A DNA stretch of 64,000 nucleotides from Spirochaetia bacterium (GTDB taxonomy: Bacteria > Spirochaetota > Spirochaetia > SZUA-6 > Bin103), in the NCBI GenBank assembly GCA_965203905.1, contig CBDBDQ010000005.1:608001-672000 (forward strand), written 5' to 3'. Under the pieces are notes generated by a model that saw only the letters and a list, made by a program, of their open reading frames with translations, searched no databases and was not told where the DNA came from. Numbering within the stretch: the first letter of the stretch is position 1; every line of letters begins with the position of its first letter. Shown here piece by piece: positions 21,353 to 30,762 of the stretch. The position numbers and the translations under genes are program-made.

Positions 21353-21799
21353 CTACAGAGTCCCGGCCTTGCTGAACTGGATCGCCGACACGCCTCTCTG
21401 CACGCGGCAGACGACGGTGCCGGTGTCACGGAAGGAGTCTGCAATCCGTTCGACCTGCTTCGGAATCGTGTTCGGAGGGAGCTCATCGGCTCGGAAAAAC
21501 TCGGTCCGGTCCGCCTCGTCGCTTAGCGCGATCTCGCCGCCTACCCGCCGGCAGAGGAACGAGAACACCAAGTCGTTGGCCTCGGGCTTGCTGTAGACCC
21601 CGGCCAGCATGGAGACCTCAACCTCAAGCCCGGTTTCTTCCCTGACCTCTCTGATCACGCCCTCCCAGGGCGCCTCGCCGTGCTCCAGCACGCCCCCCGG
21701 CAGGTTCCAGAGGTCGTGATCGCGGCGGTGACACAGCAGCACCCGGCGATCACGGTCATGGATTATGGCGAAGACGCCAATGGTGAACGTCGGCTTCAT
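21353..21799 (-). CDS. NUDIX hydrolase
   Basis: WNLPGGVLEHGEAPWEGVIREVREETGL. Confidence 0.93.
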   Translation of the reverse strand: MKPTFTIGVFAIIHDRDRRVLLCHRRDHDLWNLPGGVLEHGEAPWEGVIREVREETGLEVEVSMLAGVYSKPEANDLVFSFLCRRVGGEIALSDEADRTEFFRADELPPNTIPKQVERIADSFRDTGTVVCRVQRGVSAIQFSKAGTL

Positions 21800-21804
21800 G
21801 TCGA

Positions 21805-21833
21805 ATGGTACGCGTTGCGCATGTCGGCGTCAA
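21805..21833 (-). promoter_or_regulatory. sigma70 promoter, probably leaderless transcript
   Basis: TTGACG-17-TACCAT, 5 nt before ATG. Confidence 0.6.
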
Positions 21834-21859
21834 GGATTGCGTGTGCGGTGTGGTGCGGT

Positions 21860-21941
21860 GTGCGGGTAGCCCAGGGCGGTCACCCACCCCAGGCCCCCAC
21901 AGTCCCGAGTTTGCGCGATTGACGCACTCGGTTCCTCAAGC
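21860..21941 (-). mobile_element. group II intron DV-DVI (3' part of remnant split by IS21)
   Basis: reverse complement GAGGAACCGAGTGCGTCAATCGCG...GGGGGCCTGGGGTGGGTGACCGCCCTGGGCTACCCGCAC. Confidence 0.82.
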
Positions 21942-22109
21942 TGCAGAATCCGGTGCAAAAGAGCCACTGATCCGATTATAAGGGAGCCAGCCGTCCGGAA
22001 ATAAAAAGCCACCCGTCCGGCGGAAAAAAGCCAATTTGAGGCTGCTGCCCGGACGGGGTCTGGTCCGATCCTCCACTACGCTCTCCCGATCCGTACCGGA
22101 GGGAGATGC

Positions 22110-23666
22110 ATGGCACGCAGGAGGATCAACATGGAGAAGATCAAGGAGGTCATCCGCTACGGGGTGACCACCGGTCTGAGTGAGCGAGCGATTGGCCGCG
22201 CGCTGCAGGTGTCGCGCACCGCGGTGGCGAAGTACCTGGAGTGCTTCCGCGGCAGCGGACTGACCTGGGAGCAGGCGCAGGAGTTGCCCGACAGCGAGTT
22301 GCTGAGCGTGTTGGAGGGCAATCGTGCGGCGCGCACCAACGCGCGCTATGAGCGGCTGGTCGAGCGGTTTCCGATGATGGTCAAGGAGCTGCGGCGCAAG
22401 GGAGTGACGCTGCAGTTGCTCTGGGAGGAGTACCTGCGCGAACACCCGGACGGCTATCAGAACAGCCAGTTCTGCCACCATTTCCACCGCTGGCGCAAGA
22501 GCGCCGAGGTGGCCATGCACATCGACCACAAGGCCGGCGAGAAGCTGTTCGTCGACTACGCCGGCGACCGGCTGGCGATCGTGGACCCGGAGGGCGGCAA
22601 GGAGCAGGCGGTGGAAACCTTCGTCGCGATCCTCGGGGCCAGCGAGCTGACCTACGTGGAGGCCAGCGCCACGCAACAGAGCGAGGACTGGATCCGCTCC
22701 AACGAGCGCGCGCTGCGCTACTGCGGCGGCTGCCCGCAGGTCATCATCCCGGACAACCTGCGCAGCGCCGTGAGCCGCTCAGACCCCTATGAGCCGGGCA
22801 TCAATCCCACCTTCGACGCGTTCGCCGAGCACTATGGGCTCGTCATCATGCCCGCCCGCGTCCGCCAGGCACGGGACAAGGCTCTGGTCGAGAACGCGGT
22901 GCGGCTGACCTATCAGCGCATCTACGCCCCGTTGCGTGATCGTACCTTCCACTCGCTCGAGGCGCTCAACGCGGCGATCAGGCCGCTGCTCGAGCAGCAC
23001 AACCGGCGCCGCTTTCAGCGGCTGCCCTACTCACGCCGTGAGCTGTTCGAGCAGATCGAGCAGCCGGCCCTGGCGCCGTTGCCTGCGCACCACTTCCCGC
23101 TGCAGCAGACCCGCGAAGTGACGGTCGGGTTCAACTATCACGTCGAGCTGCGCGAAGACCGGCACCACTACAGCGTGCCCTGGCAACTACGCACCCGCGA
23201 TCCGCGCACCAAGGTGAAACTGCTGTACGACGAGCGCACCGTCACGATCTACTACGACAACGTGCGCATCGCCGAGTACCAGCGTGATCGCCGTCCGGGT
23301 GGCTACACCACGCTGCCCGACCACATGCCGCCGCAGCACCGCTGGTACGCCGAGTGGAGTCCGGAACGATTTCTGCGTTGGGGACGGGCGCTCGGCCCCA
23401 ACGTCGAGGCGGTGATCGAGCAGGTGCTAGGGGACGCCAAGTACCCGCCGCAGGGGTTCCGTGCCTGCCTCGGCATCCTGAACCTGGAGAAGAGCTACGG
23501 CGCAGCGCGGCTCGATCGCGCCTGCCGGCGGGCGCTGTCCTACGGTCTGTGCTCCTACCGCCGCATTCAGAACATGCTGAAGCTGGGCTTGGAGGAGGAG
23601 CAAGAGCAGCAGCCGCTGAGCTTCCCCAGCCATGACAACGTGCGTGGCAGCCGCTACTACCACTGA
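22110..23666 (+). CDS. istA: IS21 transposase
   Basis: HTH N-terminus, FVDYAG, IPDNLRS, DKALVEN DDE motifs. Confidence 0.96.
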   Translation: MARRRINMEKIKEVIRYGVTTGLSERAIGRALQVSRTAVAKYLECFRGSGLTWEQAQELPDSELLSVLEGNRAARTNARYERLVERFPMMVKELRRKGVTLQLLWEEYLREHPDGYQNSQFCHHFHRWRKSAEVAMHIDHKAGEKLFVDYAGDRLAIVDPEGGKEQAVETFVAILGASELTYVEASATQQSEDWIRSNERALRYCGGCPQVIIPDNLRSAVSRSDPYEPGINPTFDAFAEHYGLVIMPARVRQARDKALVENAVRLTYQRIYAPLRDRTFHSLEALNAAIRPLLEQHNRRRFQRLPYSRRELFEQIEQPALAPLPAHHFPLQQTREVTVGFNYHVELREDRHHYSVPWQLRTRDPRTKVKLLYDERTVTIYYDNVRIAEYQRDRRPGGYTTLPDHMPPQHRWYAEWSPERFLRWGRALGPNVEAVIEQVLGDAKYPPQGFRACLGILNLEKSYGAARLDRACRRALSYGLCSYRRIQNMLKLGLEEEQEQQPLSFPSHDNVRGSRYYH

Positions 23667-23679
23667 GGGGGGTCCGACG

Positions 23680-24441
23680 ATGACCAATAACCAAGCTACC
23701 CTCCACAAGCTCGACCAGATGCGCCTGCACGGCATGGCGCGGGCGTTGCGCACCAGCCTCGACACCCAGGGCCAGTGGACCGCCGACGAGTTGCTGGCTC
23801 ACCTGGTGGATGCCGAGTGGGACGACCGCCATGAGCGGCGGCTGAAGCGGCTGCTGAAGGCGGCCCGTTTTCGCTACCCGGCCGCCATCGAGGAGGTCGA
23901 CTTCGCACTGCGCCGCAACCTGGACCGGAACCAGTTGCTGCGGCTGGCCGACTGCCGCTGGGTGCAGCACCACCAGGACCTGATCATCACCGGCAAATGT
24001 GGCTCCGGGAAGAGCTTCCTGGCCTCCGCACTGGGCCACCAGGCGTGTCTGCGCGGGTTCCGGGTCGGCTACCATGCGTCCTCGCGGCTGTTCGCGGAAC
24101 TGCGCCTGGCCAAGGCTGACGGCAGTTACGTCCGCGAGCTGGAGAAGATCAGCAAGCAGGCTTTGACGATCATCGATGACTTTGCGCTGGAGCCGCTGGA
24201 CGCACTGGCGCGGCTGGCACTGCTGGAGATGCTCGAAGATCGCCACGGTCGAGCCTCGACGCTGATGGTGTCGCAGTTGCCGGTGTCGTCCTGGCATGAG
24301 GTGATCGGCGAGCCCACCATCGCCGACGCGATCTGTGATCGCCTCGTGCACGGCGCCCACCGCATCGACCTGGAAGGAGATTCGGTGCGCAAGCTGTATG
24401 CCGAGCGCGCCAACCGGGATCCAGCCGAGCCGCTGGGATAG
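23680..24441 (+). CDS. istB: IS21 helper AAA+ ATPase
   Basis: GKCGSGKS, IIDDF, ADAICDRL. Confidence 0.96.
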   Translation: MTNNQATLHKLDQMRLHGMARALRTSLDTQGQWTADELLAHLVDAEWDDRHERRLKRLLKAARFRYPAAIEEVDFALRRNLDRNQLLRLADCRWVQHHQDLIITGKCGSGKSFLASALGHQACLRGFRVGYHASSRLFAELRLAKADGSYVRELEKISKQALTIIDDFALEPLDALARLALLEMLEDRHGRASTLMVSQLPVSSWHEVIGEPTIADAICDRLVHGAHRIDLEGDSVRKLYAERANRDPAEPLG

Positions 24442-24513
24442 CGCCCCGGCCGGCGCCACGACCGCGCCGGGCAGGAGCCGTGCTGCCGCGCGCGGCGCTC
24501 CGTGGTCCACCAC

Positions 24514-25763
24514 GAGGTCGCGGCAGCAACGAGCACCGTCGCGGCGGCGATCTCGGGCATGCGGACCCCTCCACGACCGTCTGGCAGCGCTGTTTGGCCG
24601 TCAGCGCGCCGCTCGGCGTCAGGGTCGGCTTCTCAGCGGCCCCCTGAGGCCCTTCCCAACCCGCGGCGGTACTCCAGGGTACCCCCGAACATCCGAAAAA
24701 TGCCCGTCAACGCCGTTTCTCAGCGCCACTGGCCCGCGCGGTCCGCCACACCGGCGTCCGCCTGGACCCGCAATCGAAGGGCACCCCGCGAGCGATTGTC
24801 GGTTGCTATTCCGAGCCAACTACCGCTGCCTGCCGCCGGGCCACCGGTCGAGGTCGCGGCAGCACGCCAGCATGAACACCGTCGCGCCCGCGATCGCGGC
24901 ATTCGCACCCCTCTACCGCCGGCCGCCACCGCCGTTTCGCCGTCAGCGCGCCGCTCGGCGTCAGAGTCAGCCTCTCAGCGGCCCCCTGAGGCCCTTCCCA
25001 ACCCGCGGCGGTACTCCAGGGTACCCCCGAACATCCGAAAAATGCCCGTCAACGCCGTTTCTCAGCGCCACTGGCCCGCGCGGTCCGCCACACCGGCGTC
25101 CGCCTGGACCCGCAATCGAAGGGCACCCCGCGAGCGATTGTCGGTTGCTATTCCGAGCCAACTACCGCTGCCTGCCGCCGGGCCACCGGTCGAGGTCGCG
25201 GCAGCACGCCAGCATGAACACCGTCGCGCCCGCGATCGCGGCATTCGCACCCCTCTACCGCCGGCCGCCACCGCCGTTTCGCCGTCAGCGCGCCGCTCGG
25301 CGTCAGAGTCAGCCTCTCAGCGGCCCCCTGAGGCCCTTCCCAACCCGCGGCGGTACTCCAGGGTACCCCCGAACATCCGAAAAATGCCCGTCAACGCCGT
25401 TTCTCAGCGCCGCTGGCCCGCGCGGTCCGCCCGCACCGGCTCCGCCTGGACCCACAAATCGAAGGCACCGCGTGCGGTCGCCGGTTGCTGTTCCGCGCCG
25501 ACTACCGCTGCCTGCCGCCGGGCCACCGGTCGAGGTCGCGGCAGCACGCCAGCATGAACACCGTCGCGCCCGCGATCGCGGCATTCGCACCCCTCCGCCG
25601 CCGGCCGCCACCGCCGTTTCGCCGTCAGCGCGCCGCTCGGCGTCAGAGTCAGCCTCTCAGCGGCCCCCTGAGGCCCTTCCCAACCCGCGGCGGTACTCCA
25701 GGGTACCCCCGAACATCCGAAAAATGCCCGTCAACGCCGTTTCTCAGCGCCGCTGGCCCGCGC
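24514..25763 (+). repeat. tandem array of ~3.7 copies of a ~340-bp unit inside IS21
   Basis: GAGGTCGCGGCAGCA recurs at 24514, 24850, 25192, 25532 (periods 336, 342, 340). Confidence 0.95.
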
Positions 25764-26098
25764 GATTCGCCACGCCTGCACCTCGAACAAACCATTCGAC
25801 ACGGCGCTCCGCCAGCCAGATGCTACTCTCCAGCGCATCACGGTGTCGCTTACACAGATCCAACCACCGCCGATGCAGTCTCCTCAGCCAGGGCGGTGTA
25901 CCAGGCACCGGCAACAGGCCACCCTGGAGGACTCCGGCCAAGTGGCCGTTACCGCTCTTAACCCCCTCTGAGCGCTCTGAGCGCACTGTCAGATTGATTC
26001 AAAAAAGCCACCCCGCTATACTGGCTGGTGCAGGGTCGGACCACTCCCCGGTGGCTTTTTATTTCCGGAATGGGTGGCTTTTTTCACCGGAATACGCA

Positions 26099-26340
26099 TC
26101 AAGCCGCAGGGTTCGCTACATAGGCAGAGTGAACGAAACGAGCAGGCGGCAGCGGGTACCGCACCAGAAGCCGGGTGAAACGGTGCGCGCCAGCAGGACG
26201 TACAGCTTCCACAGTTCGCTTCCGTCGTCCTGTAGCTGCCAAACGAGTTTTGCGTAAGCACCATTGTCGGGACGGTGTGGCGGAAGTCCACGTTGCTGAC
26301 GCGGCAGCTCGCGCAGTCGCAGTCCTCCCGCACCGCACCG
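26099..26340 (-). pseudogene. group II intron maturase C-terminal remnant
   Basis: RFTRLLVRYPLPPARFVHSAYVANPAA*; contiguous with DV at 21935 once IS21 is removed. Confidence 0.75.
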
Positions 26341-26371
26341 CCTGGGAGGACACTACCTACAAGCGACGGCC

Positions 26372-26523
26372 GGCGTGACGGCCGAGCCCAGTCGGACTAT
26401 GGTGCACGGGAGTTCCGCTGTGCAGCGTTTCACGGTCTCTCGCGACGACCGCTATCGCGAGGCTTGGCCGAGCGTCTGCGTCGCGCCGACGGCAACCTAG
26501 TGTGCTGCTATGCGGAGGCGGAC
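26372..26523 (+). repeat. degenerate copy of sialidase gene 5' region (27641-27794)
   Basis: GTGCAGCGTTTCACGGT.TCTCGCGACGACCGCTATC...GCGGAGGCGGAC shared. Confidence 0.9.
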
Positions 26524-26850
26524 ATTCGACGAGTGCCGAGCCACACTTCGCGTACAACGCTCGGCTCGTCCATGTTCCCTCACGGCGGCGAAGGCTCGTC
26601 TCGGATCGTACGCCAGACCTGCGTGGCAGCCGTGTAGTAGGCCGTAAGAAGCCCGGCGCGACCTATCCGATGGCGTTCCGTGACCACGTTTGCAGTCGCT
26701 TCACCGAGGATCGCCAGTCGGCGTCGTCGTCTATCAGCATGCCGTCCACATCGAAGAACACCGCCTCCAGCATGCACGCTCAGTATATCCCGCAACCACC
26801 GGGCCTACAGCACACATCCTGGATCACAGCACCACCTTCGCCACGACTCA
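26522..26850 (-). pseudogene. degenerate copy of HAD gene 5' end and promoter (18849-19180)
   Basis: near-identical sequence with small indels. Confidence 0.9.
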
Positions 26851-26867
26851 TTCCTCCCGATGTCTCC

Positions 26868-27556
26868 CTAAGTCCTTGCAACACAAAGCACTAGGCAACT
26901 GTACATGAGGATCTCTTTGCGAGGTCCAATCGCGCTCTTTAGAGCCGCGGATAGTTGCTCCTCGTGACCGACTGAGTGTGCGAAAGAACTCAGAAGATTC
27001 GTGTACTCTTCCACAGTCAGAGTGAGAGACTCGCGTGACAGTGTCCACTCTCTGTCAGAAAAAGAACCGCGCTCATATAGCTCCGCTTTTCCCGCTTGAA
27101 TCAACTCGTTGAGATAGCTCTCGAATCTGCGAGGTTCTCGCGCCAGATCCGGGAATCCACATTCAACAACGGCAGAGTTCAGCTCATCCTGGAGGACGGA
27201 ATCAGCGATTATAGGGTGATTCCAAAGCGTGACCAAAGATCCTTTTGGCTTCAGCATAGTGCAAGTCTTTTGTAGCTCACCTCGGGATCGAGCCAATGAA
27301 ACGAATTTTGCCGCCACTACGGCATCGTATTCCTGTCGTGCGCAGAATTCCTCGAACGTCTGTAGTACAATCTCAAGTCGCCGGTCCGGACAGTTCTGTC
27401 GTAGAGTGGTCGCAAGCACGGTACTCCCTGCCGAGAGCCTTGCCTTCGTATGACATGTGACACGATCGTCCAAGGGAACGATGGCCTTCCTTGATCGTAT
27501 TCTTGCGGCCTCCTGTCGAATGCGAACCGTAAACGGCGGTTAGTGTTCGCGCGCAT
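26868..27556 (-). pseudogene. class I SAM methyltransferase, internally deleted/frameshifted
   Basis: FD..PQEYDQGRPSFP N-terminus; SAM motif I missing; LKPKGSL later. Confidence 0.65.
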
Positions 27557-27689
27557 CGTCAATCACATCCTGTCCTGTACCGGCGCTGCGGATCAACCCT
27601 ATAGTGTCAGGCGCGCGACGTGAATTGGAAGCGCTCGTCGGGCGTGACGGGCAAGCCGAGGCGGAGTATGGTTCGTAAGGAGTTTCACT

Positions 27690-29426
27690 GTGCAGCGTTT
27701 CACGGTTTCTCGCGACGACCGCTATCACGAGGCGTGGCCGAGCATCTGCGTGGCCGCCGACGGCAACTTGGTGTGCTGCTACGCGGAGGCGGACCGCCAC
27801 GGCGGGGGGGCGGTGCCCAGCGCCGTGGTGCGCATCAGTGACGACGAAGGGGTCACCTGGTCGCAGCCGATCGTGGTCGGCACCCTCATGGATCGTCCGG
27901 CGTCGGGCTACTTCATGTGCCGCTCGATCGTCCGGCTGCTCGACGGCACGCTGCTGCTGGCGGCGGACTGGAACAGGACCGAGTCGATCGCCGGTCCGTC
28001 CGAGCGCTGGTACGCCCATCGCGGCCTGCCGTGGAACTGGACCTTCGACCCGGACAGCGGTCCGCTCAGCGAGGCGTGGCTGTATCGCAGCCTCGATCAC
28101 GGCCGCACCTGGAGCGGTCCCGAGAAGACCGGCTGCCTTACCACCAGCCTCAACCTGAGGCAGATCGGCGACGGCACGCTGTTCCTTTCCGGCGGCCACT
28201 TCCGGACAGCGGGCGAGTACGAGGCGCAGGTGCTGTACCGCTCCGAGGACGCCGGGCGTACCTGGTCGGAACCGATCACGGTGGTGGATGACCGCCGCCT
28301 CCTCTGCTCGGAGGGCGACCTGGTGGAGATGCCGGACGGCACCCTGGTGCTGTACATCCGCTGCGACAACAACCCCGCCCGGACCGGCATGAAGGCGTTC
28401 TCCAGCGACGGCGGCAGAAGCTGGGACGGGCCCTACGCCGCGGGGTACTGGCCGATCATCGGGCGCGTCAACGCCGGCCTGCTGTCCAGCGGCGAGGTGC
28501 TGGTGGTGCACCGCATGGGCGGCTTCGCGCCGCAGCATTGGTTCGGTTACTTCATCGAGGACCGGGAGACGGCGCTGGCGCGTCCACCCAACCTGCCCGC
28601 CACGCGCCGCAACCCGCCCGCCACGGTCTGGGGCACGATCGACAACGACACCAGCCCGCACGCCGACCACGGCTACGGCGACTGGGTGGAGCTGCCAGGC
28701 GGCGACGTCTACGTGGTGAACTACCTGGTCGACGACGCGCCCGTGGACCGGCCGCAGATCCGCGGTTACCGCATTCCCCGCGACGAGCTGTTCTTCCCGC
28801 GGCGCAACCGGAAGATCGATTTCACACCGCCGCACTACCGCCGCGGCAAGCTGGCCGGACAGGCGGGATGGGTGCGCCAGATTCCCGCCCTGTGGGGCAC
28901 CACCGAATGGCTGGAACGGGTGGACTACGGCCCGCTGGGCAACTACGTGGTGATCGACGGCGAGCGGATGACCGGATCGCGCAACCTCGGCGGCAACGAG
29001 GAGGTGGTGCGCCTGGACGTGGGCCCCTACGACCTGGAGCGCGAGACGGTCGCGCTCACCCTGGTGCATCGCGGCCGGCAGCGGGTGGCCATCGTGCGCC
29101 TGGCCGACCAGGACGCCAACACCATCGTCGAGTTGCGTAGCGACTCGGTGTACGACGACCTGTGGTTGCGCGACTGCCGCAGCGTCCCGCACCGGTCCGG
29201 CATCGCCGCCGGCACGGGGTGGTGGCGCAGCATCATCCGCCTGGCCGGCGGCACCGTGACGGTGGCCACCGGAACCGAGGACGACCCCGTGGCCGAACCA
29301 TGGGCGACCGTCGTGTCGGACGACACCTACCCGCATCACGCGGCGCTGGCCGCGATCGTGGTCGCCCTGGGGGACGCGGGCGGCTTCTACGTGGACAGCA
29401 TCGCCATCGAAGCGACCACGGGGTAA
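27690..29426 (+). CDS. exo-alpha-sialidase-like BNR/Asp-box protein with extra C-terminal domain
   Basis: SDDEGVTW, SLDHGRTW, SEDAGRTW, SSDGGRSW. Confidence 0.85.
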   Translation: MQRFTVSRDDRYHEAWPSICVAADGNLVCCYAEADRHGGGAVPSAVVRISDDEGVTWSQPIVVGTLMDRPASGYFMCRSIVRLLDGTLLLAADWNRTESIAGPSERWYAHRGLPWNWTFDPDSGPLSEAWLYRSLDHGRTWSGPEKTGCLTTSLNLRQIGDGTLFLSGGHFRTAGEYEAQVLYRSEDAGRTWSEPITVVDDRRLLCSEGDLVEMPDGTLVLYIRCDNNPARTGMKAFSSDGGRSWDGPYAAGYWPIIGRVNAGLLSSGEVLVVHRMGGFAPQHWFGYFIEDRETALARPPNLPATRRNPPATVWGTIDNDTSPHADHGYGDWVELPGGDVYVVNYLVDDAPVDRPQIRGYRIPRDELFFPRRNRKIDFTPPHYRRGKLAGQAGWVRQIPALWGTTEWLERVDYGPLGNYVVIDGERMTGSRNLGGNEEVVRLDVGPYDLERETVALTLVHRGRQRVAIVRLADQDANTIVELRSDSVYDDLWLRDCRSVPHRSGIAAGTGWWRSIIRLAGGTVTVATGTEDDPVAEPWATVVSDDTYPHHAALAAIVVALGDAGGFYVDSIAIEATTG

Positions 29427-29450
29427 ACGAACGCGGCGGTAGGCGGGGCT

Positions 29451-29491
29451 GGGCCGAAAGCGACGCCGGTCGGCGGCGGTTTCGGGGCGCT
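29451..29491. repeat. REP-like palindrome (inverted copy at 30665-30704)
   Basis: CCGAAAGCG.CGCC..TCGG.GGCG.TTTCGG hairpin between convergent genes. Confidence 0.7.
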
Positions 29492-30530
29492 ACTCCTGGA
29501 ACACGTGCACCTTGATCGCGCCGCGGTTCTTGTCGGCCGAGATGCGGAACGCCTCGGCGATGTCGTCGAACGGCAGCCGGTGGCTGACCAGCTTGCCGGC
29601 CGCCACGCCGCCCGAGGCAATCAGGTCGATGGCGGCCTCGAAATCGGTCTCCATGCCGCTGTAGCCGTAGCAGTTGGAGCCGGTGACGATCGCCTCCGAC
29701 CACACGATTCGGGTCAGATCGAGGTCGGCGGTGTCGTAGTGACCCGATACCAGCACCACGCGCCCGCGCGGCCGCACCGCGGCCAGGGCGTCGCGCAGGC
29801 AGCCGGCGGCGCCCACCGTTTCGATCACCACGTCCATCCCCACGCCGTCGGTCAGGTCGCTGACGTACTCGCCCAGGTCCCGGCTGCCGACGTCGACCAC
29901 GTGATCGGCGCCCAGGTCGGCCGCGAGCCTTGCCTGCTGGCCGTACTTCACCGTGATCAGCGTCTCGCGCACGCCGACCGCCCGCGCCGCCGCCAGCGCG
30001 AACTGGCCGATGGTGCCGCCGCCGATGATCGCCACCCGGTCGCGGGAGCCGGCTGCGGCCTGCGCCAGCGCCCGCCAGGACACCGCCAGCGGCTCCACCA
30101 GTGCCCCTTCATCGTAGCTCATGCTGGCCGGCAGCTTGAACAGCCCCGAGGCGTGCACGGCGGTGAACTCGGCGAAGCCGCCGTGGGTGTTGGGGGAGAC
30201 GCCCTGGCGCTGCAGGCAGTGGTTGTACTGGCCGGTGGTGCAGTACCTGCAGCTCCCGCAGTGGGAAAAGCACTCCACCGCCACCGTGTCCCCGATCTCG
30301 AAGCCGCTGACCCCGTCCCCCAGCTCCGCGACGGTGCCGCAGGTCTCGTGGCCCGCGGCCGTGGTGTGCGATTGCTGCCAGGTGCCGAGGTAGGAGTGCA
30401 GGTCGCTGCCGCAGATGCCGGTGCAGCGGGTGTCCAGCAGCACCTGCCCCGGCTCGGGCCGGCTCCGCTCCACCCGCCGTACCTCGATTTCCCCAATGCC
30501 CGTGTAGATCGCCGCCTTCATCGTCGCCAT
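29490..30530 (-). CDS. zinc-dependent alcohol dehydrogenase (MDR)
   Basis: GICGSDLH, GHE, four-Cys cluster, GGGTIG. Confidence 0.94.
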   Translation of the reverse strand: MATMKAAIYTGIGEIEVRRVERSRPEPGQVLLDTRCTGICGSDLHSYLGTWQQSHTTAAGHETCGTVAELGDGVSGFEIGDTVAVECFSHCGSCRYCTTGQYNHCLQRQGVSPNTHGGFAEFTAVHASGLFKLPASMSYDEGALVEPLAVSWRALAQAAAGSRDRVAIIGGGTIGQFALAAARAVGVRETLITVKYGQQARLAADLGADHVVDVGSRDLGEYVSDLTDGVGMDVVIETVGAAGCLRDALAAVRPRGRVVLVSGHYDTADLDLTRIVWSEAIVTGSNCYGYSGMETDFEAAIDLIASGGVAAGKLVSHRLPFDDIAEAFRISADKNRGAIKVHVFQE

Positions 30531-30664
30531 CCTCACACCTCCGCCTGCTGGCCCTGTCCGCCGGCTGGCTCCCGGTGCCGGGCCGGCATGCTCGGCATCA
30601 ACCCTAACGCGAGAGGTACGGCCCGGCCAACTGCGGTTGCAGGGCGTGGCGGTTTCGGCGCACA

Positions 30665-30704
30665 AGCGCCCCGAAAGCGCCACCGACGGCGGCGCTTTCG
30701 GCCC
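30665..30704. repeat. REP-like palindrome, copy 2
   Basis: reverse complement of 29451-29491 with few mismatches. Confidence 0.7.
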
Positions 30705-30762
30705 AACCGGCCTGCATATAGGAGTCTGTCGCAATCCGCCAGACTCCTATAATGGGAGTGGA

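Larger units (their letters stand above)
21942..26098 (+). mobile_element. IS21-family element, 4157 bp
   Basis: TG...CA ends with IR (TGCAGAATCCGGTG / CACCGGAATACGCA), multiple AAAAAGCCAC subterminal repeats, TSD TCAAGC at 21936-21941 and 26099-26104. Confidence 0.95.

Noticed and set aside
24796-24822. TCGGTT...AGCC in the repeat as a guide for the IS21 target TCGGTTCCTCAAGCC
   Set aside because: Only 6 contiguous matches; expected by chance
24514-25763. CRISPR array interpretation
   Set aside because: Units are ~340 bp with no short repeat/unique spacer alternation and no cas genes
24335-26257. 640-aa and 351-aa ORFs across the tandem repeats
   Set aside because: Arg/Pro-rich, open in several frames because of high GC and near-multiple-of-3 periods; the longer ORF runs through the IS end; no domain signal
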